Of a stretch of 64,000 bases of DNA, positions 37,201 through 47,911 are shown one piece after another. Each line of letters begins with the position of its first letter. The first letter of the stretch is position 1. Position numbers and translations under genes: made by a program. The notes beneath the pieces are model-generated. The model was given only the letters and a program-made list of their open reading frames with translations, was not told where the DNA came from and did no database searches. Source of the stretch: Diplonema japonicum (taxonomy: Eukaryota > Protista > Euglenozoa: Diplonemea); contig OZ025691.1 of NCBI GenBank assembly GCA_964019335.1, positions 372,001 through 436,000 on the forward strand, in the 5' to 3' direction.

Positions 37201-40200
37201 TGACAATCCCACCAAGGTATCTCTCGCAGAAGTACATCGAGCATGAAGGTCTAAAGCGCTTCGGGCAATTCGAGATCCCTGAGCCGGTCTTCAAGGACGA
37301 CGAGCTTGTCGCCATGTACGACGGTGGGTGCCTCGTGGTCGAGATCCTCGAAGGTTTGCACCCCGCCGACAGCCTCGGTCTGTGTACGCCTCTGGGAAAA
37401 GAATTCGAGCTCGTCTCAGCAAAGCACGACATCCTTACAAAAATAAAAATGGGCAAGGCCTTTGTGGGACACTTCACACCCCACCGACCCGGCACCTCAA
37501 AGCTCACCATTCGACTCGGAAAGGCCGCTGACAGAAGAAGATCCCTTGACACAGCTAAGCGGCCTGTGGCAAGGGTTCGAAAACGTGAGTTAATGCTGCT
37601 GTTCAAGAACTTGTATTATTCCCACGACTCTGATGACCCCACCTGCCTTAAGAAGGTGCTGCGTGTGTCTGCGACTGACATGTACGGTGCGCTGTCGCAA
37701 GCAGTGCTCGAGATCGTGATCCAGCCCATCAACGACAAGACGGAGGTCAAGCTGGACAAGTACAACCTTACGTACCGCCAGGCATCGCAAGAGGATCTAC
37801 GAGGCTTCCGTATTGCTGCCGGTGCTGTCTTCACCGACCCAGATACATCGGAGTTCTCGAAAGGCGGCTACGTGTCTGTAGAGCTGTCGTCGGGGGGGCT
37901 GAAGCCATACGACAAGCTGAGCGTCATGAGCATCGAACAGCAGAACACCCTGTACAAAAAGGAAGGGATAGATCGGCCGTTCGTGACTCTGGGACCGACA
38001 ACAGGCGATACCACCCCGGTGATGATGAACTGGCTGCAGGTGGGAACTTTTGAAACGAAAGGAGGAAAGAACTCGTCTCTTAAATTCGATATAGGGTTAA
38101 AAGAAAAGTGGCCGGGATGGGAAACACTGAAGGTGAAGTGCGGCAAAACGGAAGCTGGGAGCGGAAGGAGAAGAAGCAGACAAAGTGACGGGTCAGCGAA
38201 GAGTTTGAGATACTCCCTCACGAGTTTCAGGAGGAGGTCTTCAGTGCGACGGCCGAGCAGCTATTATGGACTACCGTTGGACGCAGCTGCTCACCTTCTG
38301 CAGAGCGTCGTATACAGCAACGTCTCGGAAGGTTCCACGGTGAAGTCGGGGAACAGGATGTACACAATACGCGTCAATGCAGGCGACGACGTCACCGACA
38401 CACGTGTGAAGGTCGTGGTCGACGTGCACCCGCCCTTGTTGTCCATTCCTGTTGGTGCCTCGTCACAAATCACATACATGGAAGGTAGTGAATACCTCCC
38501 CATCTGTTCCCGCTTCAAGGTCGGGATCGATCATAAAGCGTCATTCAAGCGAGGATACCTTACAGTAAACTTCTCGCGAGGCCGTTCCGAGGACCAAGAC
38601 TCCATCGCCTTCCACGACCCGCTCAACGAGTACGTGTCCACGTCTCAAAACGGTGCATGGGGCAACCTGCGCACGGAGCGCCCGGAGATCACACTGGGGA
38701 AGATACGGACCACCCCGACGAGGATCGACATCTTGTTTACACCCAACGGGCTTATGAACTACAAGCACTTCACGAAGGTTCTCAAATGCATCTGCTTCTA
38801 CAACGATTCGGTGACACCAAATACCATTTCCATCAGATTTATAAGTATATGCGCGGTGTGGGGGAAGGACACTTTGCCGAAGCCTGCAGATGAGCTCACC
38901 ATGGTCGAAGAGGACGAGCCTGGCTACGAACAATGCACATTGGAGCTGGCCGTAAAAGTAGAGGCAGTGGACAACCCAACCGAGATCAACATCCCACGGC
39001 ATGAGTTGTACTGCTGTGCGGGTGTAGTGGGTGTCGAGGTGGACCCATTGCAGATCGCAGAGGGGGTCACGGTGACTGACCCCGACACACCTGTCTTCGA
39101 GGAAGGCTCCGAGGTGACGGTCGAAGTGCTCGGCGGAAGTACATCAGACACCTTGGACATCACATACGCCTCGCTCCCCGACGGCCTAGCCCTCACAGGG
39201 ACGTCTATCATGTGCGAACAGGCACACATCGCAACCATCCATAAGGATGTCCCTCCGAAGATTTCTTTCAAGCTCGACAACTGCCCTATCGACGCCATCG
39301 CGTGCGTCTTAGAACGAGTCGTATACAGGTACATGGGCATTGTAAAGCGCCAGACGAAGAAATCAGTGCAGGTTACAATCCGATCGCTGATCTCGTCCTT
39401 TGAGCTGGGCACCTCGGTGTCGACAACACGTGTGAAGCTGGCTGTCTACGTGCTGCCTCCACCTTTGGAGTACTCTGCAAGCTCGTGTTCCCTCCAGCAG
39501 AAGATGTGCAACCCGCTGCACATGATTTCAAGTGGATGCAAGGTAAGCAGCACGATAGGTGTCGTGTTCCACTTCGAGCTCATCAAACCACCGAAGAAGG
39601 GGAGGTTCTCAAAGAATGCTGCCATCCGCACTGCAGTCGATGGGATCGTGCCTCGTGTGTTCTGGTTGCCCTTCGAGAGCCTGGAATGGATACACAATTT
39701 GCGCGAGCCCACTGAAGACGATTTCCTGAAGTTTACAAGTTTGCCCGGCGAGTACCAGACCAAGCCTGTTGAACACGGGTGGGATGTCTCTTACAAGAAC
39801 GAGAAGGTCTGCACGGTCACCACACCCCCTAAGGAGCTCTTCACGACAGATGGGGACCCTTTCTATGTTAGCCACGAGGTCCACATCGCCATGTCCACCA
39901 AGCAAAACTATCCGACAAAAATAGTGATGCCCATCCTTCGCTCTGTTATCTACCTCCAGACATGTACAGACAACAGCCGATGTGCCCCTGCATCTGAGGT
40001 ATTACAGTGTCTTTCTCTTTTTTTCTTTTCGGGGAACACTGGGTTCGGATAATCAAAAGTCACGACGACAAAAATGCCACCGCAAGGCCGAGGTGGAGCC
40101 TCCACGACGGCGGTTCCTGGGCGGCTTCCTCTCATAAGGGGAAGTCCGGCGAATCCACCAGGCCGAAGACGAGGGAAGCGGTGCAGGATCTAGCCAATAG

Positions 40201-41000
40201 GCTGGAGGGTTGGAAGGTGGTAGACACCGGAAGAAGGCAGGGAGAGTGCTTCTTCGAGGCGGTGTCGTACGCGGTGCACGGCGCGAGGGACGAGGCGGGG
40301 GCGCTGCGGGAGGTGGTGGCCTCTCATCTGGCAGGGAAGGACTACTCCTCTTTCATGATAGCGGAGGAAGGGGAGAAGGCTGCGGCGTGGAAGGAGTACC
40401 AGAGGCTGGTAGCTCTTTCGGGAACGTGGGCGGACAGGCTGACTGTCAGCACGATGTCCGTGGTGATGGGACGCAAGATCTGTGTCTTTGCTGCGAGGGA
40501 TGACGTCCTCACCCTGAGCTGCTTCGAGCCGGGGAATAGGAATGAGGTACCAGACACGGCCACGCTATGGCTGGGTTATGTGGAGGGCCACTACGTCTGC
40601 GCGGTGAAAGGGGAGGACTCGAAGATGCCTACCACTACAGCGTATGTGCCGCCGGTGAGGATCCCGCTCCCCATCCGCAGCGAGGGCGCGAGGGACGGGA
40701 AGAAGAAGGAGCGGCAAGCCGGCACGCAAGGCCGTCATCGCTTGCCTTGCCGAGGACGAGTGGCAGCCACCGCAGGCACCAGACAGCAACCGCAGAACGG
40801 TGACCGATTAGTGTGAATTTCTCCCTGAACGGTGAGCACCCACCCGCACACCGGAATTTATCAAATTTTCGTTGCATACACTCACACAGAGCAACCCTCA
40901 AATCTTGCTGAAGTTGTGCACCATGCTGCCAACCCTTTCTGATAACAGTATCGTCGTGCACGACCACTTTCAGATCCGACCTTCGGTTCTTTCGAGCTGA
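34224..41000 (+). CDS. ~1960 aa protein: N-terminal coiled coil plus 8 cadherin/bacterial-adhesin-like beta repeats; last intron 39999-40889, last exon 40890-41000
   Basis: Repeats such as PINDKTEV..IAAGAVFTDPDT..GGYVSVEL..DKL and VLRAIRY..P...R.V; phase-0 GT..CACAG intron completes the last repeat (ASE|SNPQILLKL...SS*). Confidence 0.8.
40074..40816 (+). pseudogene. OTU-like cysteine protease ORF nested in an intron, probably transposon-derived; first ATG is out of frame
   Basis: GWKVVDTGRRQGECFFEAVS..LREVVASHL..SGTWAD....MGRKICVF..LWLGYVEGHYV: catalytic Cys and His present. Confidence 0.75.
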
Positions 41001-41108
41001 TCATCTTTCTCTTTTTTTTTTCTTTTTGAACAAGATAAATGAGTAATGATAACCCCTTTTTTTAAGCACATCTCTTAACCTTTTGTTGATATTTACCTAC
41101 ACAGTGTG

Positions 41109-43457
41109 ATGCTGATATGGCTCACGGTCATCACCTTGCTGTGCCCTCTGCTGTGTGATGGTGGGCACTCGCTGCTGTATGTCGACTGGGATGAAGAAGT
41201 ACAGCAGGTGCACAGTGCAAGCATTGGGAACGTGTCAGCAGTTATGATGGAAGTAGCACGTCGGCACATGCTTCATGAGGTGGGCAGTGTACCTGACATC
41301 AGTGTAGTTGCAATGGACGACAACTGTGACGTGCTCCAGGTGCTACAGGCGATGCAGGATATGAGAAACCTTAGCTACGTGGGTGTCATTGGGTCCAGAT
41401 GCTCAACGACGACTGAGGTCATGTCCCGTGTGTGCAACTTGTACAAAAAGCCCCTTGTAGGTTACTCAAGTCCCTCATTGCTATTTGACGATAAAAAGCG
41501 CCACCCGTATTTCCTCAGAACGTCAGGTTCGTACCACACTGAGATAAACGCGTGGGTGTCCGTGTTCCGCAGCGCAGGTTGGATGAAGGTCAGCCTCCTT
41601 GTGGACGCGATGGCCTTCAACACGCTCGCACAGCTCGTCACCTCCTTTGCTTCCTTTGGCATTGAGGTTGTCTTCTCCGCTGTCTACAGCTCCGACATGC
41701 ACCAAGCACTGCGCGAGCTCAAGCAGTCCAGCACCAGGATCATCTTGATGATTGTGGAAAGCGACTCCTGCTCGGAATGGAGCAAAGTGGTCGAGGAGGT
41801 TGGCTTGCGGGAGAGCGACGGGTACTACTGGATCACCACATGCGGCATGCTTCGGGCAGGGTCCCTTTACTGGAAGTACCGCATGCACAACGTCTTCGCA
41901 CAACGGGTGAACGACGTGGACAGCACCCTCGGGGCACCCACCATGCACGATGCCTTCGTGGCCGACGCCTTCTACATATTCTTTAGATCCGTCTATGACA
42001 TGGAGCAAGTAGGCTTGGATGTCACCAACGGGACACTTCTCTACCACCACCTGCGGTCCCTTAAGGCAACGTGTCCCAGTGGAATGCCCTGCAGCTGGGA
42101 CAACTTAGGGAACAGAGTAGAGGGTCTCTTCCTCGATCTCTTCTACAATAACATAAATTTAGAGGCGCAGATCGTAGGCACGTTCTCACACAGTGCAGGG
42201 ATGTTCAACGCCTCAGCTATGCGGTGGGGCTCGCAGTTAGCCAACAAAATACCCAACTTTGAGTGGGAAAGCACAGAAAGCAACAAGGTGATCATCCCTG
42301 CGCTGGGGTCTGCATTGAGCTTTCTGCTCCTCCTCGCTGTGGGGGTGTTGCTGTATAAAAGGAGGCTCAGCAAGCAATACAAGGAACTGTTCCACGCTAA
42401 CCAGTTGCTTGAGGAATACGCGGTGGCCATTGGGCACATGGACCTCCACAAGGTCAACGATTTGAAGAAGATCGAGAACCCAAGCAGGGCGGAGATGGCG
42501 TTGCTGAGCATCTTCACGTCTCTAAAAACATACAAGATGTTCCTTCCCGAAGTGGTCTTCGGCTCGGAGAGCGAAGATGTGTACGTGACTCTGAGCAGCT
42601 CGACCGACAACTCCATAACAAGGGTGAAGATGGACATGAGAGTGGTGGAGCTGTGCTGCGTGCACATTGTGTACTCCTTGCCGGAGGAATGGACCGCTGA
42701 GAAGGTTACAGTGTGGGTCGCGTTGTTCTTGGAGACAGTGACCGAAAGCATTAAGGGGAGCAAAGTGGCATGCTCGTTGTCGCACATGGACTTCTCCGCC
42801 AACATCAGATGGAACGCACCAGGCGTTTCCATAGCTGACATAGCCGTCGAGACGGCCATCTCCCTTGTACAGTCAGCTGCTTACAAAAAGCTCATCAAAA
42901 AAGGGAACATTGGTATGGGTGTTGCTCGGGGGGTGGCCTCAACGGGGAACCTCGGGAACTCCCAGATAAAGCAAAGCAACATATCCGGCACGGGCCTTAA
43001 CTACGCTGCGACGCTTGCTTGGCTGTCACATTCAACAAAACGGCCTGTTGTGGTGTCCGCAAAGCTCAAATCCGTTTGCTCGATACGTGTGCGGTTTTCT
43101 GTGATTGACTACATCCAACCCATGACGCCGGAGGGCCCGCTTCCTGATGAGCTAGTTTATGAAGCGTTGAGCCTTTGCGAGCCTGATGCTAATGAATGGA
43201 TGTATCAGCTGGAAGAGATCGAGACGCATGCCATGGACCCAACCGCCGCCTTGTGGGGCCATGCGGAAGCTAAAGAGTGGGATACTTTGAGACAAGTTAT
43301 GCAGCAGTACAAAGGCGACCTCCCGCCGTCCCTCATCGAAACCCTTGAGCGGTGTGGCCCAAGGCGGTGTACCTTTATATGTTATGCAGTAGACCAGTAT
43401 CAGTACACAGACGCGATGGACTCAACAAGCAGTACCGAGGTGCTATTTGCTGAGTAA
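41109..43457 (+). CDS. Receptor-type adenylate/guanylate-cyclase-like protein (signal peptide, ANF-receptor ectodomain, TM, degenerate class III cyclase, EWMY motif)
   Basis: VGVIGSRCS..PLVGYSSPS..FDDKKRHPYFLRT; TM; YKMFLPE..GVARG..TGNLG..NEWMYQL. Confidence 0.8.
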   Translation: MLIWLTVITLLCPLLCDGGHSLLYVDWDEEVQQVHSASIGNVSAVMMEVARRHMLHEVGSVPDISVVAMDDNCDVLQVLQAMQDMRNLSYVGVIGSRCSTTTEVMSRVCNLYKKPLVGYSSPSLLFDDKKRHPYFLRTSGSYHTEINAWVSVFRSAGWMKVSLLVDAMAFNTLAQLVTSFASFGIEVVFSAVYSSDMHQALRELKQSSTRIILMIVESDSCSEWSKVVEEVGLRESDGYYWITTCGMLRAGSLYWKYRMHNVFAQRVNDVDSTLGAPTMHDAFVADAFYIFFRSVYDMEQVGLDVTNGTLLYHHLRSLKATCPSGMPCSWDNLGNRVEGLFLDLFYNNINLEAQIVGTFSHSAGMFNASAMRWGSQLANKIPNFEWESTESNKVIIPALGSALSFLLLLAVGVLLYKRRLSKQYKELFHANQLLEEYAVAIGHMDLHKVNDLKKIENPSRAEMALLSIFTSLKTYKMFLPEVVFGSESEDVYVTLSSSTDNSITRVKMDMRVVELCCVHIVYSLPEEWTAEKVTVWVALFLETVTESIKGSKVACSLSHMDFSANIRWNAPGVSIADIAVETAISLVQSAAYKKLIKKGNIGMGVARGVASTGNLGNSQIKQSNISGTGLNYAATLAWLSHSTKRPVVVSAKLKSVCSIRVRFSVIDYIQPMTPEGPLPDELVYEALSLCEPDANEWMYQLEEIETHAMDPTAALWGHAEAKEWDTLRQVMQQYKGDLPPSLIETLERCGPRRCTFICYAVDQYQYTDAMDSTSSTEVLFAE

Positions 43458-43631
43458 TCTTTCCGATCGCAAATATAAAACACGTGGAAGAATCGTGGAA
43501 GAAATGGATCTGTTGAAGGGACCTGGCGGACTAGGCGGAAGGCTTCAGACAGAAGAGGTGCGGAACCACCGCAGATCGACTTTTTTCTTTTTTTCTTTTT
43601 TTTTTGAACCTTTCGAAACCTCATCTCTTTT

Positions 43632-43845
43632 GGCGTCCCAGTGGAAGAACGTATTGCAGATTGCTCAGGGTGACGAACAGGCAGCACGAGCGTGCGTCCC
43701 GGCTTGGGTTGAGTTGCACACCGCACGCATTAAGGACACGACGTGGAACGCAGAACAGCTTTGCTGATGTAATCAAGTAGACAGTTCATGCTTCGTTGCG
43801 CACTTAACGCCACTTATGTTGCAATCAAAGCCCCATCTTTGTTTC
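43632..43845. repeat. Dispersed repeat family A copy 4, fused to repeat B copy 2
   Basis: gtggaagaac..ttgcagattgctcagggtgacgaacaggcagcacga..cacgcattaaggaca..gtaatcaagtagacagttc closely matches 7150-7325. Confidence 0.85.
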
Positions 43846-44639
43846 TTTTTGTTATTATTTGGCACGCTGCGCAATGGCTGGAGTCGTTGCAAGAGTGCTG
43901 ATTGACGATTCAGTCAGCAGAGTAGTTATGTTGCGGTAAGGAATATATAAAACCAGCGCCCCCTCTTTTTTTCCCCCCCGAACGCGAGACAGACCATGAC
44001 AGCAAGAGAGCGTCTTAAAAAGTCCGACTGAGAAGCCTAAGCCGAGCTATGGGGACCTAAGACGGGCCTAACACTATTGCCTAGCGCTTGGCTGCCTTAG
44101 GTACTATTTCTTTAGTCATGTTTCCACGTGACCCCCTTTTTTTTTTTGCTGGAACAAGTAAACAAACCTTTGAAAATAATTGTTATTGCAAGAGTTGCGG
44201 CAGCTACCGTAGGTGAAAAAAAAAGAAAACGGCTGGCGCAGATAAACAAACTTCGAAAACGGATTGGCCTGCACAAGCAAAAAAAAAAAAAAAAAAAAAA
44301 ACCCTTCAGATCTCCTTTTTCCATGTATTTATTTCATATTTCATCGAATTTTAAGAAAACTATTCGTTGGTGCAGTTGCACAAGAAATAACCTTCCTTCT
44401 TTTATAAGGCACAAAAGTGCGCGCAAGCTAACGCCAGAATAGTGTTTTCTATTTGTTTATTTATAGTAATATACTCTTTTATTAATTTAATTATTAACGA
44501 ACCGGTTGGGGGGGGGGGGGGGGAGAGAGAGAATGTTAAAGCCTTTTAAGTCCTTTGCGGAAGCATTACCGAAGAAAATACCCCCCTCCCCTATCATTTC
44601 CTTTTTTTTTTGTACTTCAGTACCTTGAGCCACCTCAGG

Positions 44640-45020
44640 ATGTTCTCAAAAAACCTGCGATTTCAGCACAGCACGGTAAAGCCCAGCGTGGCATGGAGTG
44701 AACGAATAGGAAGAGAGAGAAAGGCAAAAATGCTACACGACAGAAATACTACATTCCTTTCGGTGTGCGACCCTGCCGCAGGTACCTTACCGCGGAGCAA
44801 GGCAGAGCGCTACAACGAGACACTGAGCTCGATAGAAGGTGACATGGTTAGGTCATCAAAGAAGACGCGCGGCATCTTACGAGACATTCGGAGGCTTAAA
44901 CAAGTTATTCTTAATACCTTTAAGACGCCTGTCTCTTCTGTCAAAGGCACAGCACGATACGGCTCTTTTCCAAGATCAGAGTGCGGGGTGCCAACATTAA
45001 AAGCCACGTCTTGCAAATAG
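44640..45020 (+). CDS. Small basic hypothetical protein
   Basis: 126 aa ORF between a pyrimidine/AG site and a poly-T tract. Confidence 0.55.
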   Translation: MFSKNLRFQHSTVKPSVAWSERIGRERKAKMLHDRNTTFLSVCDPAAGTLPRSKAERYNETLSSIEGDMVRSSKKTRGILRDIRRLKQVILNTFKTPVSSVKGTARYGSFPRSECGVPTLKATSCK

Positions 45021-45086
45021 AATTTCTTTTTTTTTTTTTTTTTAGCACATGTTAAATAAAAACAAATCCTTATTTCCAGGAAGGGT

Positions 45087-47780
45087 ATGGTAGTGATACC
45101 CAACCTCCTAAAATGCACGAAGGGTGCGCTCAGCGACAGCTCTTGGGATGGGATGCCGGTCTCACTCCCTGTGGTGGGCAGCCTGAGCTTGGTCAGAAGG
45201 AAACGCGTGCCGAAAAGGGGAATTGTCCTTGGAGAGAGGATCATGGTTCAAGACAAAGCAGGAACGGAGACGGCGGGGCCAGAGGCAAAAGGGTTCGACA
45301 TTCTCAGCGATGCCATCGACAAAGCAACCGACATCATGAAGGGGCAGTACAGCGAGAAGGGGCTGAGCGAGCTGTGGGAGGTGATGGGCGAGTGGCTCGT
45401 GCGGCTTAAAGCCACGAAACACCTCACCGACGCATTGCACACCTCAGAAGCGATATTCAATGAAAGCATCCAACCTGCAGACAAGCAACCTTGCCCTTGC
45501 CAAACACGCTGCAAGACGGTATTTGTGGTTCTCGAACAACTTTTAAGCATTCTTGCCAAACTGTTACCACAAGCCGCCTCGCTTTCTCAGTCACTCCTCG
45601 CCGAGCTTCACTTGTGCACATTTGTCACACCCGCTGAGGCCGCCCCCCTCCCGTCCCTTCTCTCATCGCGTGATAACGCCGCCGAAGCTTCCCTTGCTGC
45701 ACGTTTTCAACATAAGAAAACCTTCTTCCAGGCATCCCGTATGCTCGCCAGCCGTCTCTCCGGTGGCAAGGACGACGCAGAAGCCCTCTCCAAGCAAAAA
45801 GAGAAGGAACAGCTCGTCCTCGAAACAGTCATCAAGGTGTGGCAGAATCAGTTGGTCGGCCGGTTGTTCCACGGCTGGCGGCAGGCGAAGTCCTTACGGA
45901 TGAAAGAAGAGAAACACAAGACACAGATAAGCAATTTGGTGAGAAAGTGCGTTCAACTAGAGAGTGTTGTGCGTGGGAAGAAAATAAAGGAGAAGCACGC
46001 ATCGGAGAGGGCGACAGAAGCAGAGGAGATGCTAAATCAAGTGGAGGCTGCGAACAGCACGCTGATACAGAAGCAAGACCAGCAGATCACAAGCTTGAAG
46101 GGAAAGGTGAAGACGCTGGAGACGTTGCTGCAAGAGGTACGCAGCGAGTCGACAAAGACGGTGTGCGAGCTAGAGAGGAAGAACGACGCCATCTACGCGT
46201 TGCTGAAGAAGATCACAGAGGTCGACTTCGAGACATCACAGCGACTGAAGGTGGCTCACATCATCAACCACGACGCGCTGTCAGAGTCAGAAATGCTCAT
46301 CAAGTGGGCCAACGCTCTATTGGTGGAACACCCCCTGTACAGGGACATCTACTACCTAGACAGCCTTTCGCAAGGCACGGCATTACTCGACAGCTTTTAC
46401 ATGTTGCTGGGGTCCATCTCACCATTCCACATCACGGCAAGCATGGTAGAACAGCACATGAAACTAACCTCTGAAAAGGACAAAGCAGAGAACATCTTGC
46501 TAGGTTGCGAAGTCCTCGGCATCACGCCCAACATCGATATCCAGGAGCTCTCGGGCGGCACTGCGGAGGATGTCGACCTCATGCCGCACAACTACCAAGT
46601 CTTTATCTCCTCGCTGTTTCAAAGGTTCTGCTCGAGCGACAATCACCAGGTGAGCTTCGCTGACCACCAGTACGACATGCTCCCCCGCTCCGCAGATGTA
46701 GAGCGGCTGTCCGCACAGGAATGGGAAGGAAGGCTACAGCAATCAGATGCGCTGACAAAAAAATGGCGTGCCGTCGGCCATGCTGTTCAAGTACGGACCT
46801 GGATGAAAGTCTCCAACATCTTCAAAAGAAAAGAGGACCCCGACTCTGATCACATGACACCAACAGAGCTGCACGACTTTGGCCTGTTCACAACCTTCCG
46901 GAAGGCCCGCGTGATACCGCTTTTCCAAAAGTTGTCACCAACGATGAACACAACACAGTTGGAAGATGACATACAGACGGTGAAGGCGTTGTTTGAGAAG
47001 CACTTCAAAAGCTTGCGTCGGGTGTTCAAGACCTACTCGATGAAGGCTGCAGAGAAGGAGAGAACAACGGGTGGGAAGGACAAGTTCATGACGATCGACG
47101 AGTTTTGGCGGCTGATCACCGACTCAAAAGTGTCGGGGCGGGCATACACAAGACTGCAAATAGCGAATACTTTTGAGAAGGCGAACTCCGACTCTGATGA
47201 CGTTCTGGATCCAAGCGAATGGGTGGAGGCACTGCTGCGGATTGCTGTAGGGATCAAAGCACCGGAGGGTACTCAACTGAAGGAGAAGGTCAGGATATTC
47301 ATCGAGGACCATATACTTGTGAATACGAAGGCAGTCCTAACAGTGGAGTTCAAGAAGATGGTGTACCAGTCAAGCGTGCAAACGCTGCTTCAAGAACACA
47401 GAGACGGCATGGCGAACATGTTTAGCTACTACGCCTCAAAGAACAAGAGGGACAAACGAGCAGACGCCGGAAAAGAGCTAGACTTCGAAGAGTACAGTGC
47501 TTTTGTGGGCAACATCAACGTGTCCGAGCGCATCACAATGAACACGGACATCAGGCAGCTCTACTACAACGTGCTCGGCGAAGCTGCCAGCTCCGCCAAG
47601 GGTCTTCTGTTCCACGAGTTCCTCGAAGTCATCAGCGCCCTCGCGTGCTACAAGTACCCCAACCCCTTCCTCTCTCTCAATCAAAAGCTCGAGGCTTTCA
47701 TCACAGGCGTCCTCATGCCCAAAGAGGCCTGGAGGCGGTCACGCATCGCCATCCAATCTGTTAATAAATTCAGACTGTGA
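45087..47780 (+). CDS. Coiled-coil, calponin-homology-like and C-terminal EF-hand-like protein
   Basis: SEMLIKWANALL (CH); MTIDEFWRLI, DSDDVLDPSEW, LDFEEY, LLFHEFLEVI (EF-hand-like). Confidence 0.7.
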   Translation: MVVIPNLLKCTKGALSDSSWDGMPVSLPVVGSLSLVRRKRVPKRGIVLGERIMVQDKAGTETAGPEAKGFDILSDAIDKATDIMKGQYSEKGLSELWEVMGEWLVRLKATKHLTDALHTSEAIFNESIQPADKQPCPCQTRCKTVFVVLEQLLSILAKLLPQAASLSQSLLAELHLCTFVTPAEAAPLPSLLSSRDNAAEASLAARFQHKKTFFQASRMLASRLSGGKDDAEALSKQKEKEQLVLETVIKVWQNQLVGRLFHGWRQAKSLRMKEEKHKTQISNLVRKCVQLESVVRGKKIKEKHASERATEAEEMLNQVEAANSTLIQKQDQQITSLKGKVKTLETLLQEVRSESTKTVCELERKNDAIYALLKKITEVDFETSQRLKVAHIINHDALSESEMLIKWANALLVEHPLYRDIYYLDSLSQGTALLDSFYMLLGSISPFHITASMVEQHMKLTSEKDKAENILLGCEVLGITPNIDIQELSGGTAEDVDLMPHNYQVFISSLFQRFCSSDNHQVSFADHQYDMLPRSADVERLSAQEWEGRLQQSDALTKKWRAVGHAVQVRTWMKVSNIFKRKEDPDSDHMTPTELHDFGLFTTFRKARVIPLFQKLSPTMNTTQLEDDIQTVKALFEKHFKSLRRVFKTYSMKAAEKERTTGGKDKFMTIDEFWRLITDSKVSGRAYTRLQIANTFEKANSDSDDVLDPSEWVEALLRIAVGIKAPEGTQLKEKVRIFIEDHILVNTKAVLTVEFKKMVYQSSVQTLLQEHRDGMANMFSYYASKNKRDKRADAGKELDFEEYSAFVGNINVSERITMNTDIRQLYYNVLGEAASSAKGLLFHEFLEVISALACYKYPNPFLSLNQKLEAFITGVLMPKEAWRRSRIAIQSVNKFRL

Positions 47781-47911
47781 AGGGGCTTTCCAGTCCCTAT
47801 TTGCTTTAGACCAGTTTTTCTTTTTTTTCCTTGTGTGCACACTGAAATTTTAACGAGTTTTTTTCCTCTTCTACACACGAATATCGCGCTACAGGCAATA
47901 CTTATCTCAAC

